Part shown: piece by piece, positions 46,078 through 59,311 of the stretch
Numbering within the stretch: position 1 is the first letter of the stretch
Layout of the letters: every line of letters starts with the position of its first letter
Assembly (NCBI GenBank): GCA_012295275.1
Contig: CM022671.1
Coordinates: forward strand, 26,412,001 to 26,476,000
DNA: 64,000 bases
Source: Chrysomallon squamiferum
Lineage: Eukaryota > Animalia > Mollusca
Direction: 5' to 3'
Position numbers and translations under genes: made by a program
Notes under the pieces: generated by a model
Databases searched by the model: none
The model's input: the letters and a program-made list of their open reading frames with translations, nothing else
What the model was told of the DNA's origin: nothing

Positions 46078-46344
46078 CCTATCTATCTGTCTGTCTGTCT
46101 ATCTCTATCTATCTATCTATCTATCTGTGTATTCAAAATTGACAGATACTGAGTTAACATATAATGAAATATTATTAGTTTATCATCAGACAGTTAACAC
46201 ATTATGTCACATTTAATAATCTCATTTTCTGGCGTTTGCATTTGGTCGATAAACTGTTTTGTAAATATCACTGATACAGAATAGGTTTGGAATAATTTTA
46301 AAGTAAAGGAGAATTATGAGTTTAAGAAGAAGAAGAAGAAGAAG

Positions 46345-46392
<48 letters not shown>

Positions 46393-46830
46393 AATAATTA
46401 TAATTATAACCCCACCCCTCCCAAATACACAGCTGATAGCGAGGATCAGGAGAGAATAAGAAACAAAATTCAGGAAACTTAATACAGATTGCTTTACACG
46501 ATTTCAGAATCTAAAGAATCTTGGATTTGACTGTAGTGGAATGTAAAATCATGACACTTAATGACACCACAACGTCTGTTACTATTCATTATTAAATTCT
46601 CTGAATTAATTCTTTCTTTCTTCTTCTTCTTTAATTATTTATCTTTTAATAGACGATTCCCCTGTATCACCAGAATATCTCCAATAGAAAAGAAGTGAAA
46701 TAAATAAGCTATCTGTCTCTTCAAATATCTTTATTGTGATGGAAAATGAATAGATATCAATGACAATTATAACTTAATTTGTTTTTGTTAAATATTATAT
46801 ACCTTCGGAAATTTAGTAGATGAAGTAACC

Positions 46831-46893
<63 letters not shown>

Positions 46894-47583
46894 TAATAAC
46901 AATTAATAAACAACAACAACAGGAAGACTGCAGATAAACAGCGATAAGGTAGTACTATTTATACAGTGTTATAACCTAGAGCAAAATGCAAACATTCCAT
47001 AACCTTTGAGACAAAATAAAATTGCCTCGTCTATGAGGAAACAAGTATGATAGAGCGAGCTAAGCCGACTATTAATAGGATGCGATTACTCTTCGTGAAA
47101 AGTTGAGTGTAAACTCCTGAGCCAAGCGGCGAAAAATCAGAACTATTGACTTGAAATCCTTCAAAATGATCGGTTTGAACTTAATGACAAGAGAGCTCTT
47201 CTGCAGTATTATCTTCAACAAACTGGAAACGAAAGAAACGCCGGAGAGAGGGCGGGAGTTTTTATACATTGATCTCGTGGCCTCGAGATTTGGCGAGACT
47301 TTAGCGGCAAATATTTTATCGAACTCTTTTTTTATTGCTCCTTCTTCTTTATTCTTTCTGTCCTTTGGATCTTTACTTTTTCTTTCTTTCTTTCATTCTT
47401 TTTTTTTTTTTTTTTTGGTGTGGGGGGCGTGGGGGTTGGTTTAACGCTATGCGAACGACACCCGGGGCTTCCCTAATTTGTAAGAGCGGTGAAGCTGGAA
47501 ATGTCATCACCCAGAAGTAGACGTGGTAATTAAAATATTTCTCTGGTTAAAAACATTTAAGTAATTAAATACTATAAAAGAGA

Positions 47584-47615
<32 letters not shown>

Positions 47616-49799
47616 CAACAACACAGTAGAAAATTAGACCAAGAAAGAAAAGGGAACAAAAATAGAAACACAAACAAATTTAAGAAAAGAAAGCCATTGC
47701 AAACTTGTTTTCTTAATTTAATAATTATATTATATGTTATTACTTTAAGAGTTTGAATATCTAATATAATAAATTTTATTTAAATTTACGTTTTTTTTTT
47801 TTTTGTATCTTCTAAGTTTGCAAAATGTTTTTCTTCATACGTTTTTTATATCTTTTTATTTATTCTTCTACTTTCGTAACATAAAGTATGATTTTACACA
47901 CACACACACGCACGCGCGCACATATATACACATACATCTATGTATGTATGTCTATGTGTGTTTATTACTATGAACAATTACTTATAATTACACATTTTTA
48001 AAATTATAATTCGATCTGGAATGATATAATTGTGCATACGTCGCTATATACATTTTATGTTTTATTTTTCTCTAAACAAATGGGTTATGTAATTACAAAC
48101 ACTTCCCCCATATGATTTTGTCACCATTTGTTTTTAACGTTATATATAGATTTACTCCCCCTTCTTTGATATCGAATAAAGTTTTATGGTGGCTCAGTTC
48201 ATGCAGATTTCTTGCTGTAACAGGTTATTTTTACGGAAGAACAAATTAGAAGTCTACGCTATAGTATCAGTAGTAGTAGTAGTATAAGTGATAGTGATAA
48301 TAGTAGTATTAGAATAGCAGCAGAGGTAGTAGTAATATTAAAGGTATCGGAGATAGTAATACTGATGGTGGTCACAGTAACAATAGTACTAACAGAAGAA
48401 ATAGCAGTTGTTACGGTAATAGTTCTAACAGCAGCAGTGATAATGGTAGTAGTAATAGTTGGAGTAGCCGTAGTAGTAGCAGCAATGATGGTGGTAACAC
48501 TATTAACAGTAACATAAACTAATACACAGTGGTTATAATACCAGTACGAGTTATGGTAGAGTTAGAAGTTTTAGAAAAAGTTGAAGTAAAACAAATAATA
48601 AAAAATTGAAAATAATCCCGAGTTCGCTCTCGTCGTTCTTTGAGTAACACTAGAAAAATAAACCTAACACTCAAGAGAGCAGAGCTGTGTCAACTGAACA
48701 CTTCCTGAAACGAAATACACCTTACTCCGTTTACATTCGTTCTTCACCTGGCGTAGAAAAAATCAAAGGAAATTGTGGCAAGGTAATGAGAATCGTGAGG
48801 GGAATAAAATATACATCTTTGATGTTAAAAGCACAGAAACTAAAAAAAAAAAAAAAAAGGAAAAAAAATCGAATACAGAACACAACAGAAGAGAAAATAC
48901 TGGACAGAAATGAACACCACTGAAATGTATGCGTCTGCTATGTAAAATCTAATAAACATGCATTGAATGTAATGTAGATCAACAATAAGAATAAGGGTAT
49001 TACCCGCTCTGTTGAATACAACGAAAGAGGCTTCTCACCTCAAGTATTGCGTTACGACAAATAGCTTTTCGTATAATATGACGTCAGTAGTGCTCTAGTT
49101 ACCAAAACAGTTTTATTAGAAAAATATATCAGCCTAGATATATTTTATTATTTATTTTACAGTTTGATATTCCGCGTTAATATACTTATTATTATTATTA
49201 TTATTATTATTAAACGTTTCAGCGTGGAAAATATGTATGTAGGCATAAATTGTATTATATTTCTTACTGTACAGTTTGATCTGCTGTGTTAACACACTTT
49301 TATAAGCTACTTTTTTACAAAGAGGTTCTTCTTTCCATCAAAATGCGAGATGCAGACATAATTACTCGTGTAAGGTGAATCACTTGTCTTGTTAAAGTAT
49401 GTTTCGTATCGCTAGAATCTAGACACAGAGGAACTAATTATTTCTAAAGCTACAGACAAGTTGAAGTCTATGGAGCCTAAGAAAACAAAAGAAGAGAGAT
49501 TTTTAAAAGTGTAGCGGGACTTTTGAACGACCCTCTATATAAATGTTTACTGTTACCACACTCGTTCGCAGTTCAAAAGGTAGAGCGCAAAACCAAAGTA
49601 TGACAGGTACAATTATTTACCATAATGTACAGCGTCTCAGTCAAAGTGTATGTACATAGAAATATGAATATACACATTCACATAGCTGCTAAGTGATGTA
49701 AGCAGCAGGATGCCTTTTCAACAACATTATTATACAAAGATCATCTGAGAATAACACACTTATTAGTAACCACTACTATCTAAATCCGCCCAGCAATGG

Positions 49800-50624
<825 letters not shown>

Positions 50625-52624
50625 TTACTATGTACCGTATCAAGCCCAAGTATTTTTTTTGTTTTTTTACTTCTCACAGGAAATTACATAACACGGCCTT
50701 TGTAAAACTAGTTATTTATTTTATTTTTTTAATATAACATAATCTAATATTCTATGGGTATCTGTAAATTTGATATATACCGCATTAAAACATTGCCATG
50801 ACTGCAGATTTGCTCAAAATATTTGTGACGAAAATAACGACAACATTTTGAATGAAATCTGAGATAAAATGCTTTTTCATATATTCAAGAAAACCCCTCA
50901 GACTTTAACACACAACAGAAATAATCAAATGATTTGGACTACAGGACCGCAGTTCTAACAACAGATGTAGATAGTCATCTCTGAAACCTTCCAAACAGAT
51001 TCTTTTAATTCATGTCTCCTTAGGATCTAAACTATTAAATTACGCACTGCTGTAAAGACAGATAAGAGGTACTTTTGTCTATTCTTTTCAACAGAGAGGA
51101 AGACTCAGCATGGGCCTTCTCCTGATAACCCAGTCGAGGGCCGCTGCCATCAACAAAAGGTAGCGCAATGCGAGAGTCACGAAAACTGAAGTTTGGAATT
51201 GTGCCAAGAAAAGAGCTAAAACCAATGGTCTAGAACGTGTGAATATACAGACGTCTAGGTTTGGTCTCATTAACATTACGATATTTTGACACCTCCTTCT
51301 TTTCTCCATACCCCGCAAAACATTCATAATGTTCGGAATAATCAACATAAAATAAACTTAAATTAACGTTCCCGATCATATTTCCGATTATTTCTAAACT
51401 GTTAATCAGTTAATTCGAGCTGCTTCATTCGATATAACTTATTTTATTTCCGTTATATGTATATGTGTGTGTGTGTATGTATGTATATATATATATATAT
51501 ATATTTACTTATTTATAAATTGTAATATAAAAATGTATTCTACCATAGCTGTTTATTGTAGATTAGAACATTCATTTCTTTATTTTATATTGCATTATTA
51601 TACATGTATATGTACGTTAATTTCAATACATTTTCCCTACAATAAATTTTTCATAGAGTTAACTTTGATCTTCAGTTTAAAGTCTTCAGCTTTTATCTCA
51701 TAAATGGAAACAATTTTTGACTGAGTCCAGAAAGATGATAAGGACATATTTTGAGAGCAAATTTTAATTTGTGGTCAGGAAAATAACGTTTATGTTTCTA
51801 CTTGCATAGTGGCTTCTATTTTACTAATTTATAATTAATAACTGAAAATATATGTGTGTGTGTATGTGTAATTGTGAATGCACTCTTCTGTATATATGAA
51901 CAAATGTATGTATGTATGTATGTATGTATGTATGTATGTATGTATGTATGTATGTATGAAGGTTTAAAATAATAAATCCACCCCCCAAATAAATGAACGT
52001 AGAAAAATCTTTATAAAAGTGCATCTATTGTATGTTTAGATTAGTAAATGACAGTCTGTAGTTTCTTTCCTACTTGGTTGTTGACATCAAATTCTGATGT
52101 TAAATTATTTCACTTATTATTTGTGGTATTACTTTATTTCACTTAGATATTGTGATATTACATGATTTCAGTTTTGCATGATTAAATTATTTAATTTTTT
52201 CATTTCACGTTGGCTTTAAAAATGTAGTTATTCTTACGCTGAGGAGAATGAGCACAATAACGTTTAATATCTACGTAATCTTCTTCAGTTTATGTACCAG
52301 CAGTGCTTATAAAATTCAGATTTTAGGTGGAATACAATAGACAGGAGCAAGTAGACTTTGACAGTTTATTTATTAGCATCTTACTGAAAAATAAAACCAA
52401 CACCTAACAAATATGTAAACAAACACCGTAGTAGTTGAAACCATGTTTAAATTCGAGCATTGCAACAGAAACGTACAGTAAACAAATCAAAGCAGACGTT
52501 ATTTTAAGCAAATAGATTATTAGTGTCATTTTTACAAACTGATTATTAATATTAACTATTCCAATTTATTAATGACAAATGTCAAATTAGATACAAAGTA
52601 TTAACAACAAACAACAACAACAAC

Positions 52625-52658
<34 letters not shown>

Positions 52659-52667
52659 TAATAAATG

Positions 52668-52673
52668 TTTATT
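52668..52673 (-). terminator. Candidate polyadenylation signal (AATAAA) of TLR-A
   Basis: TTTATT on the plus strand about 275 nt past the stop, followed on the mRNA strand by U-rich/GU-rich sequence. Confidence 0.4.
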
Positions 52674-52846
52674 CGTTCGTTTCACGATTTTTATATCGCC
52701 AGATTTTCAGTGTTCATTGAACTAATCCTTGTTCTTGAGTAGCTGTTCTCGGATGATTAGGAATTTTCGTGTTTTTTTTTTTTTTACTTTACTTCTGTAA
52801 TATTCTCAGTTTTCTTCGGTTATATACATGTAGCTCGAGAATCCTC

Positions 52847-52912
52847 TGGCGCAGAAAAGCTGACACGGACATTTGGATGGATATCACTGGTTGTTTCAGC
52901 TCTTCTCCGCCA
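52847..52912 (-). other. 3' UTR stem-loop of TLR-A
   Basis: mRNA-sense UGGCGGAGAAGAGCUGA pairs with UCAGCUUUUCUGCGCCA (16 of 17 positions, one G-U), 32-nt loop. Confidence 0.65.
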
Positions 52913-52947
52913 CAACACACTCGGATCAAAAAACAAGTAAGCAATTC

Positions 52948-55437
52948 TCAAGTTATAAGACGAACGAAAGATTCCCATGATTCCTCATTATCGTGATTCG
53001 GAATTGGAATAATTCTGTCTTCGTCCACAGCACTCAGAATACAGTTTGGAATCTCACAAACTCGTCCGGCCTCTCTTAGAATGATGAGTCGGGAAGGAGT
53101 TTGCCATGTCACCACGCCGATTCCAACTTGAATTTTATACCACGACCACCTATCCTCCAAGTAATCTTGTGTAAAAAGAAAAACAGTTTTCCAGCTGTTG
53201 TTTATTCCAAACATTATAGCTTCAGCGATACTTTCTCCCGGTACAGAGTTTCTGTCGTGTAAGTACACAGAGTAGCCGTAGTCTCTTTCTAACTTTGCTC
53301 CTATATCGAGACAAGCTTGTCGCCAGTCGTGTTCAGCGTAGCAGAGACATACATCAAACATGAAATCTTTTCTCGTTGGACACATTCCACATTTTCGATA
53401 AAGATTTTTAAAGAAATAAATTAATTGTGTTTTATGTTTAATTATGAAGAACACCAGTACGGAACCTAATATCGTAAATACAGTAATTAGAAGAGCAATC
53501 ATAAACCAAATCTGCCCAATACAACTTTGCCATAAATGTTCTGCGTTGTAGTCCATCACAGAAACAAGCGATCCGTTTTTAGTGGTGCACAAATATGATT
53601 TTCTGTTAACTGTATAATTATTATCGTGTAACCAAGAAAGGAACAACAGACTTTCACCACAAATGCAGATAAATCTGTTATCTGACAAATCGAATTTAAA
53701 CGTTTTCTTAAGATAGTGTCTGTCAAGTGAACTGGTCGTCGATTCTTCGAGATAACTGACTTTGTTGTGATCCATTTTTAACGAGAGCAAATTTGGACAG
53801 TTGTTAATGTCGAAAGGAATAGTAATAAAATTGTTGTTTGATAAAATCAGAATCTGAAGATTAGGATTGTCTTTAAATATATCTGGCGAAAGACGGCTGA
53901 TTTTGTTACCAGAAATATCTAGAAAAACTAGATTTGTAAGATTTTGAAACAGTCGTCTGCCATAAATATAGAAATAATCATCAGGAAGCGATACGTCATT
54001 TAAGGACAGGTTTTCCAAACTTGGAAATGTGTCAAAAATTGATGCGTTAAGTGTCATGTGATTATTGTATCCCAGTTTTAAGGTTGTTAAGTTGTTTAGA
54101 CCTGCGACACTGCCATTTAATATCATGTATTCGTACTGTTGCAGGGACAGTGTCTTTATAACATTGTTAGATGAAAATGTTAGTGTTGTGACAAAATTAA
54201 CTGCTGATGAAGCGCCATCAATAAGTACAGTATTTAATGTTTCCGGGAGAAAATAAACTATACTATCTTGAAACCGCAGAGTATTTGTAAAGAAAGATAC
54301 ATTTCTTTGAAACAACATATTTTTATTTTTATTTGGATGAAAGCAGGCAAACCCAGATAAATCAACGTATTCCAAGTTCTCAAGCTTCATTACCATGGAA
54401 ATTATTTTAAAGTCGCTGTACTTATAATCGCCAAAAAACGCGTTTTCGTGTAAATCAATTCTTTTAATACATTTACTGAAATTATTATTCTGAAATAAAC
54501 TTGTTGCATTAATATAAAGAAGGTGGTTTTCAGAAATATCTAACTCTGAGACACAGATGTTTTCTAAATACTTCAGATTTTCTGCAAAAAGTTGTTGATC
54601 ATATATCGTCTTGGTAACTTCAAGTAGTGAAGACTTCAGATTTCTGAAATTTAAAGTAGACATGTTGAATCCTTGCAAGCCGTACAGTGAAAAGAGAGCA
54701 GCGTGCATACCGAGGTCCCTGTCGCCTTCTAAATTAAGTTTGTTTAGATGTTTCAAAGGGGCAAACGCATTTGCTTGTATTTCCTTAATATCACTACAAA
54801 ATGACAAGTCTAAAACTGTTAAGTTTGTAGACGTAAACGCTGAGAACGACTCATTAGACAGGACCCTAATATTACAGTTAGCAGATTTACCCGATAAATT
54901 TAACAGTCTGAGACGAACCAACGATTGGAATCCAGAAGGAAAAATCACGTTTGAAAAACTGTCTATCGTCAGTTCTTGTAGATTCTGCAAGGATTGGAAT
55001 ATCTCATCCGGATACTCACCAGTTTCGCTGTTAAACGATATGTTTAGGGTTTGTAGGTTGACTAAAGGTCTGAACACAGATTTTGGGAAAGATTTGTTAT
55101 CATAATCCAAACTGTTAACACTCAGATCAAGAATGGTGAGGTTTTGACAAGACTCGAAGAGATTCTTCGGTAGACGTTTTAATCCGTTTTGAGAAAGGTT
55201 CAGATACACAAGTGATGAGTAGTTGAAATCTTCAGGGTTTAAGATTAATGTATTTTTACTGAGATCCAAGGCTACTATGTTCTTGTTCAGCCTGGGGACA
55301 CGTTGTAGATTTCTCCCATGACAGTCAGCAAATAAACCTCCGTATCTTTCTGAGTACGTAATGGAACAGTTGACTGTTGTATTCTCAGTTGTAGCAAATG
55401 CTACAGAAATGAGAGATAATCCGAGGATTGTTAAAAC
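52948..55437 (-). CDS. Toll-like receptor A (single-cysteine-cluster type), main coding exon; about 834 aa with exon 1
   Basis: Frame stays open beyond the listed ORF up to acceptor TTCAG|GTT (55437). Signal-peptide core VLTILGLSLISVAFA, LRRNT (C...ADCHGRNLQRVP), many LxxLxLxxN LRRs, LRRCT NRFICIC, TM IWFMIALLITVFTILGSVLVFFII, TIR (FDVCLCY; LHDRNSVPG; SWKTVFLFT). Confidence 0.95.
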   Translation of the reverse strand, partial: VLTILGLSLISVAFATTENTTVNCSITYSERYGGLFADCHGRNLQRVPRLNKNIVALDLSKNTLILNPEDFNYSSLVYLNLSQNGLKRLPKNLFESCQNLTILDLSVNSLDYDNKSFPKSVFRPLVNLQTLNISFNSETGEYPDEIFQSLQNLQELTIDSFSNVIFPSGFQSLVRLRLLNLSGKSANCNIRVLSNESFSAFTSTNLTVLDLSFCSDIKEIQANAFAPLKHLNKLNLEGDRDLGMHAALFSLYGLQGFNMSTLNFRNLKSSLLEVTKTIYDQQLFAENLKYLENICVSELDISENHLLYINATSLFQNNNFSKCIKRIDLHENAFFGDYKYSDFKIISMVMKLENLEYVDLSGFACFHPNKNKNMLFQRNVSFFTNTLRFQDSIVYFLPETLNTVLIDGASSAVNFVTTLTFSSNNVIKTLSLQQYEYMILNGSVAGLNNLTTLKLGYNNHMTLNASIFDTFPSLENLSLNDVSLPDDYFYIYGRRLFQNLTNLVFLDISGNKISRLSPDIFKDNPNLQILILSNNNFITIPFDINNCPNLLSLKMDHNKVSYLEESTTSSLDRHYLKKTFKFDLSDNRFICICGESLLFLSWLHDNNYTVNRKSYLCTTKNGSLVSVMDYNAEHLWQSCIGQIWFMIALLITVFTILGSVLVFFIIKHKTQLIYFFKNLYRKCGMCPTRKDFMFDVCLCYAEHDWRQACLDIGAKLERDYGYSVYLHDRNSVPGESIAEAIMFGINNSWKTVFLFTQDYLEDRWSWYKIQVGIGVVTWQTPSRLIILREAGRVCEIPNCILSAVDEDRIIPIPNHDNEESWESFVRLIT

Positions 55438-55884
55438 CTGAATAAATATATTTTAAAAAATTGATATTAGAAAATTTCCTTTATAAAATAATTCTTTGAA
55501 TGATCGAGAATATTCCATTTTTACTTTGCATTTATATGTAATTATTTATGAAATATCATGTATCAACAACAAACAGAAATAAAGACTTACACAGATAGTC
55601 GTCATAACTTCGTGAAAACTGCCATATACGTTTTCAGTCATTTACAGCGTCCTAGTTTTCAGTACGTTTCAATTTGCTTAGTGAGAACAGGGTACAGTGA
55701 ACTGCATATAAGCATTCAAGCCCGAACTCCTTTATAAATAATAATTATATCACAACAGAAAAAAACTAATTTGTACAGTTTGAGTTCTATCGCGTAGTCC
55801 TGCGGTTCTGTTCAACAAGTAGATACTTATGATCAATGCATGTTCCATTTGAATGATCGAGAATGTTCCATTTTTAGTCTCCAT

Positions 55885-55977
55885 TTATACGTAATTATTT
55901 ATGAAACAGCTGTCTGTTGTATTTTCAGTCGTAGTTAATGCTTCAGAAATCAAAGATAATCCGAGGATTGTTAAAAC
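55885..55977 (-). pseudogene. Intronic duplicate of the exon-2 5' end with intact acceptor (pseudo-exon)
   Basis: TTCAG|GTTTTAACAATCCTCGGATTATC repeated 540 bp upstream of the real acceptor; reads VLTILGLSLISEALTTTENTTDSCFINNYV*. Confidence 0.8.
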
Positions 55978-57733
55978 CTGAATATCAACATTATAAAAAA
56001 TTGTGACTATTCGAAAATTTCCTTCATGAAATAATTATTTGAATGCGTGGAGAATGTTCCATTTTTAATGTATGGTGAATACAACACATGATATAACATT
56101 ATGTGTGTATGTTGAAATGTATATATATATATATATACACAATAAAGCTTTTCACTGTCCACTTCTCCTAGTTGTTAAAATCGCAATAAATGTATAAATT
56201 ATTAACAATGACATGTCAATTGTTATTCATTTAAATGTATTGTTTTAATTTCAGTGCCGAGCAAAAAATGGTCTGATACTGAAGTGAAAACAACTTATAA
56301 ATAGTGACGTAAAGATACATATCGGTACTATCGGAAATCTATAATTTATTACTAATGCTCTTGTTGTTATCTACTTTTCTCTGTTTTGTTCCTGGTTATT
56401 TCAGACATTTACAGAGTCCTAGTTTTCTCTACGTTTGAGTTTGCTTACTGAAAACAGGCTGATAGCGAGCCGCATTGATCCATTCAAACCAGAACTTTTT
56501 TGTATATCAGAAAAAAACATATTCACAATAAAGATTTTTACTGTCCATTTCTGCTAGTGGTTGTGTGTCACACATAATGAAAGAAATTGCTAAAATAAGA
56601 ACAAAATATTTAACAGTGGGATGTTAGTTTGTAATCATTTAGACATATTGTTTAAATTTCAGTGATGACCAAAGAAAGTGTTGTTTTTTTGGAGAGGGGG
56701 GTTTGAATTTTTTTTTTCCCATTGTGTTCGCGTTACATGAACAAGTAATATCATTAAAAGGTCTGATATGTTTGCGGTAACGAAACACGGCTGCTATATC
56801 AGTCGGTGTGAATATTTAGCTGCCTTAACATTCCCAGTTTATTCTCCTAATTCGTTTCATGAGGGATACCTGTCTCGAAGCTTTAATTAACTTGTGCCTG
56901 TTCTCAGTTTGTATATTACTGTTATGTTTTATCAGTTAATAATACCATATTTTTTTGTTAGTGGAACTCTAGGATGATAAACAAATCTCTGGCAAACAAA
57001 CAAAAAAAAAAAAAAATTAAAACAAATAATAATAATAATAAAATATAAATAAATAAATAAATTTAAAAAATGAATAACCAAAAATTAAAGAAAAATTATC
57101 TAAAATAAATAAACAAGCTATTTATTTAGCTCGGTTAAGAACAAAAAGTTGGTTTGTTCAGACCACGTCAATTTTAGGCAATAAACACATCGTGCACATG
57201 TAAATCTTTTCACACGCCGCATCTTTAACATTGTTAATGAAGGGTGTGTCATCAACACCAATCTTCCTCACATGGTTCTGCAACTGACACTAAACTGACA
57301 ACAACAGATTAAAAGTGACGTAAATCTACATTCGGGTATTATCGGAAATCGATATTTTATTACTGTTATTGCTGTTGTTATCTGTTTTTTCCTTGATTAT
57401 TTCATTTCTTTAAGGGTTTTTTAAATATCGTTAAGGAAACTTTCATGATAACGATAGCTACTTTAGTGTCTCATAGATGCACTGTTATCGAGTCCATCAA
57501 TCGGGATCTGTCGGTAAATCGTTCTGTTACATCTCCTTGCTGTAACGTGCACATCAATGTCATCTGATGTGACCTTCAGGTAAAGTATAGTAAAATGGAA
57601 ATACGGAGATACAAATTCAAAGACAATTACTTTGAGGTGTATTAATTAAAAATATCAAATTAACTCTCATGTCGTTATGAACACTAATAAGTATGTTAAA
57701 GTAACTGGAACAAATATAAATAAATAAACTTAC

Positions 57734-57748
57734 CGAAAGAATCAACAT
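57734..57748 (-). CDS. TLR-A first coding exon (MLILS)
   Basis: ATG TTG ATT CTT TCG|GTAAGT: consensus donor in phase 0, matching the phase-0 acceptor at 55437 and completing the signal peptide. Confidence 0.8.
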
Positions 57749-57872
57749 AGTTCGTTAAAGGTCGCACGAATGACTTGTTTGTGAAATATCGTTAACGCCG
57801 CACTGCTCACACTTCAGTTTAAAAGCAAACAGGAGAACTGTGATTCAGCTTTACTTGTGTACCAATGCACTT

Positions 57873-57881
57873 CTTTTTATA
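57873..57881 (-). promoter_or_regulatory. Candidate TATA box of TLR-A
   Basis: TATAAAAAG about 125 nt upstream of the ATG; CRE-like TGACGTA near 57925-57931. Confidence 0.45.
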
Positions 57882-58168
57882 GGAATTTAGTTTGTTTAAT
57901 AATAGTTAGCGATGATTAACCATATACGTCAAAGTAATGTGAGAAGAGCAATTTTAAAAACATATGGTGAAGCTTGGCTGTATAGTCATCTAAGATGCAT
58001 AACCACACAAAACGTTAATCAATACATCTGTATTGTATTACACAAACTGTTCGTTCTAGTCTAGTAGTTATTTTTAAAATCGTGTCCGAACAACTCTTTA
58101 ATCCTACGAAAAGTACATTTTTATTGCGTTGTTCTTTTTCTTATTCTTATTTATTGTTTTATTTAATT

Positions 58169-58204
<36 letters not shown>

Positions 58205-58779
58205 CTTATTTATTTATTTTTGAGGATTTTTAATTATATTGCAGTATTTGTATGCAGTTAGACTTGATCACTTGTTCCAGTCACTGCGTTTAAAGAACAA
58301 CCTTTATGACAACAATATCTGACTTAGGAATTGGTTTAACTGATTAAATGTAACGTAAAGCTACATTCGGGTATTATCGGAAATCGATATCTTATTACTA
58401 TTATTGCTGTTGTTATCTGTTTTTTTTTCCATAGTTATTTCATTGCTTTAAGGGGTTTTTTAAATATCGTTAAGAAAACTTTTATGATAACTATAGTTAT
58501 TTTAATTTCTCATCGATGTCTTGTTATCGAGTCCATCAATCGCGATCAATCGGTAAATCGTTCTGCTGTATCTCCTTGCAGTAAACGTGCACATCAATGT
58601 CATCTGTTGTGACCTTCAGCTAAAGTATAGAAAAAATGGAAAGGCGAAGATAAAAATTCAAAGAAAATTACTTTGAGTGCATTAAGTAAAAATATCAAGT
58701 TAACTTTCACGTTTTATAAACACTAATAAGTACATGTATATTAAAGTAACAGCAAAAAAATATAAATAAATAAACGTAT

Positions 58780-58794
58780 CGAAAGAATCAACAT
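58780..58794 (-). pseudogene. Duplicated first exon with dead splice donor
   Basis: ATG TTG ATT CTT TCG is followed by ATACGT instead of GTAAGT. Confidence 0.75.
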
Positions 58795-59197
58795 TGTTCG
58801 TTAAAGGTCGCACAAATCGCTTGGTGAAATAGCGTTAACTCAACACTGCTCACCTTTCAGTTAAAAGCAAACAGGAGAATTCTGATTCAGCTTTTCCTGT
58901 GTAATACTGCACGACTTTGTATATGGATTTAGTCTGGAAAACAATAGTTAGGGATTAAAGTAATATGAGAAGAGCAAATTTGAAAACATATGGTGAAGCT
59001 TGGCTGGCTAGTCATCTAATATGCATAACCACACGAAACCTTAATTAATGCGTCTGTACAGTATTACATAATCTGTTCGCTCTTGTCTAGTATTTTTAAA
59101 ATTGTGTCCGAACAACTCTTTAAATATACGAAAAGTACATTTTGTTTTGCGTTTGTTCTTCTTTTTTTATTCTTAATCTTATTTATTATTTTATTTA

Positions 59198-59311
<114 letters not shown>

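Noticed and set aside
52789-52950. Stop-codon readthrough or selenocysteine recoding of the TLR-A UGA (52 open codons and a hairpin follow)
   Set aside because: Context is UGA-G rather than the leaky UGA-C, the paralogue has UGA-UAA, and the hairpin lacks the SECIS AUGA/GA quartet.
54065-55105. Plus-strand ORFs inside the TLRs (also 62200-62583, 52769-52996, 60193-60465)
   Set aside because: Antisense shadows of the TLR exons and UTRs with no independent coding signal.
55267-55269. TTG starts given for the TLR ORFs (55269 and 62927)
   Set aside because: ORF-finder artefacts; the frames begin at splice acceptors and the ATG comes from the upstream micro-exons.
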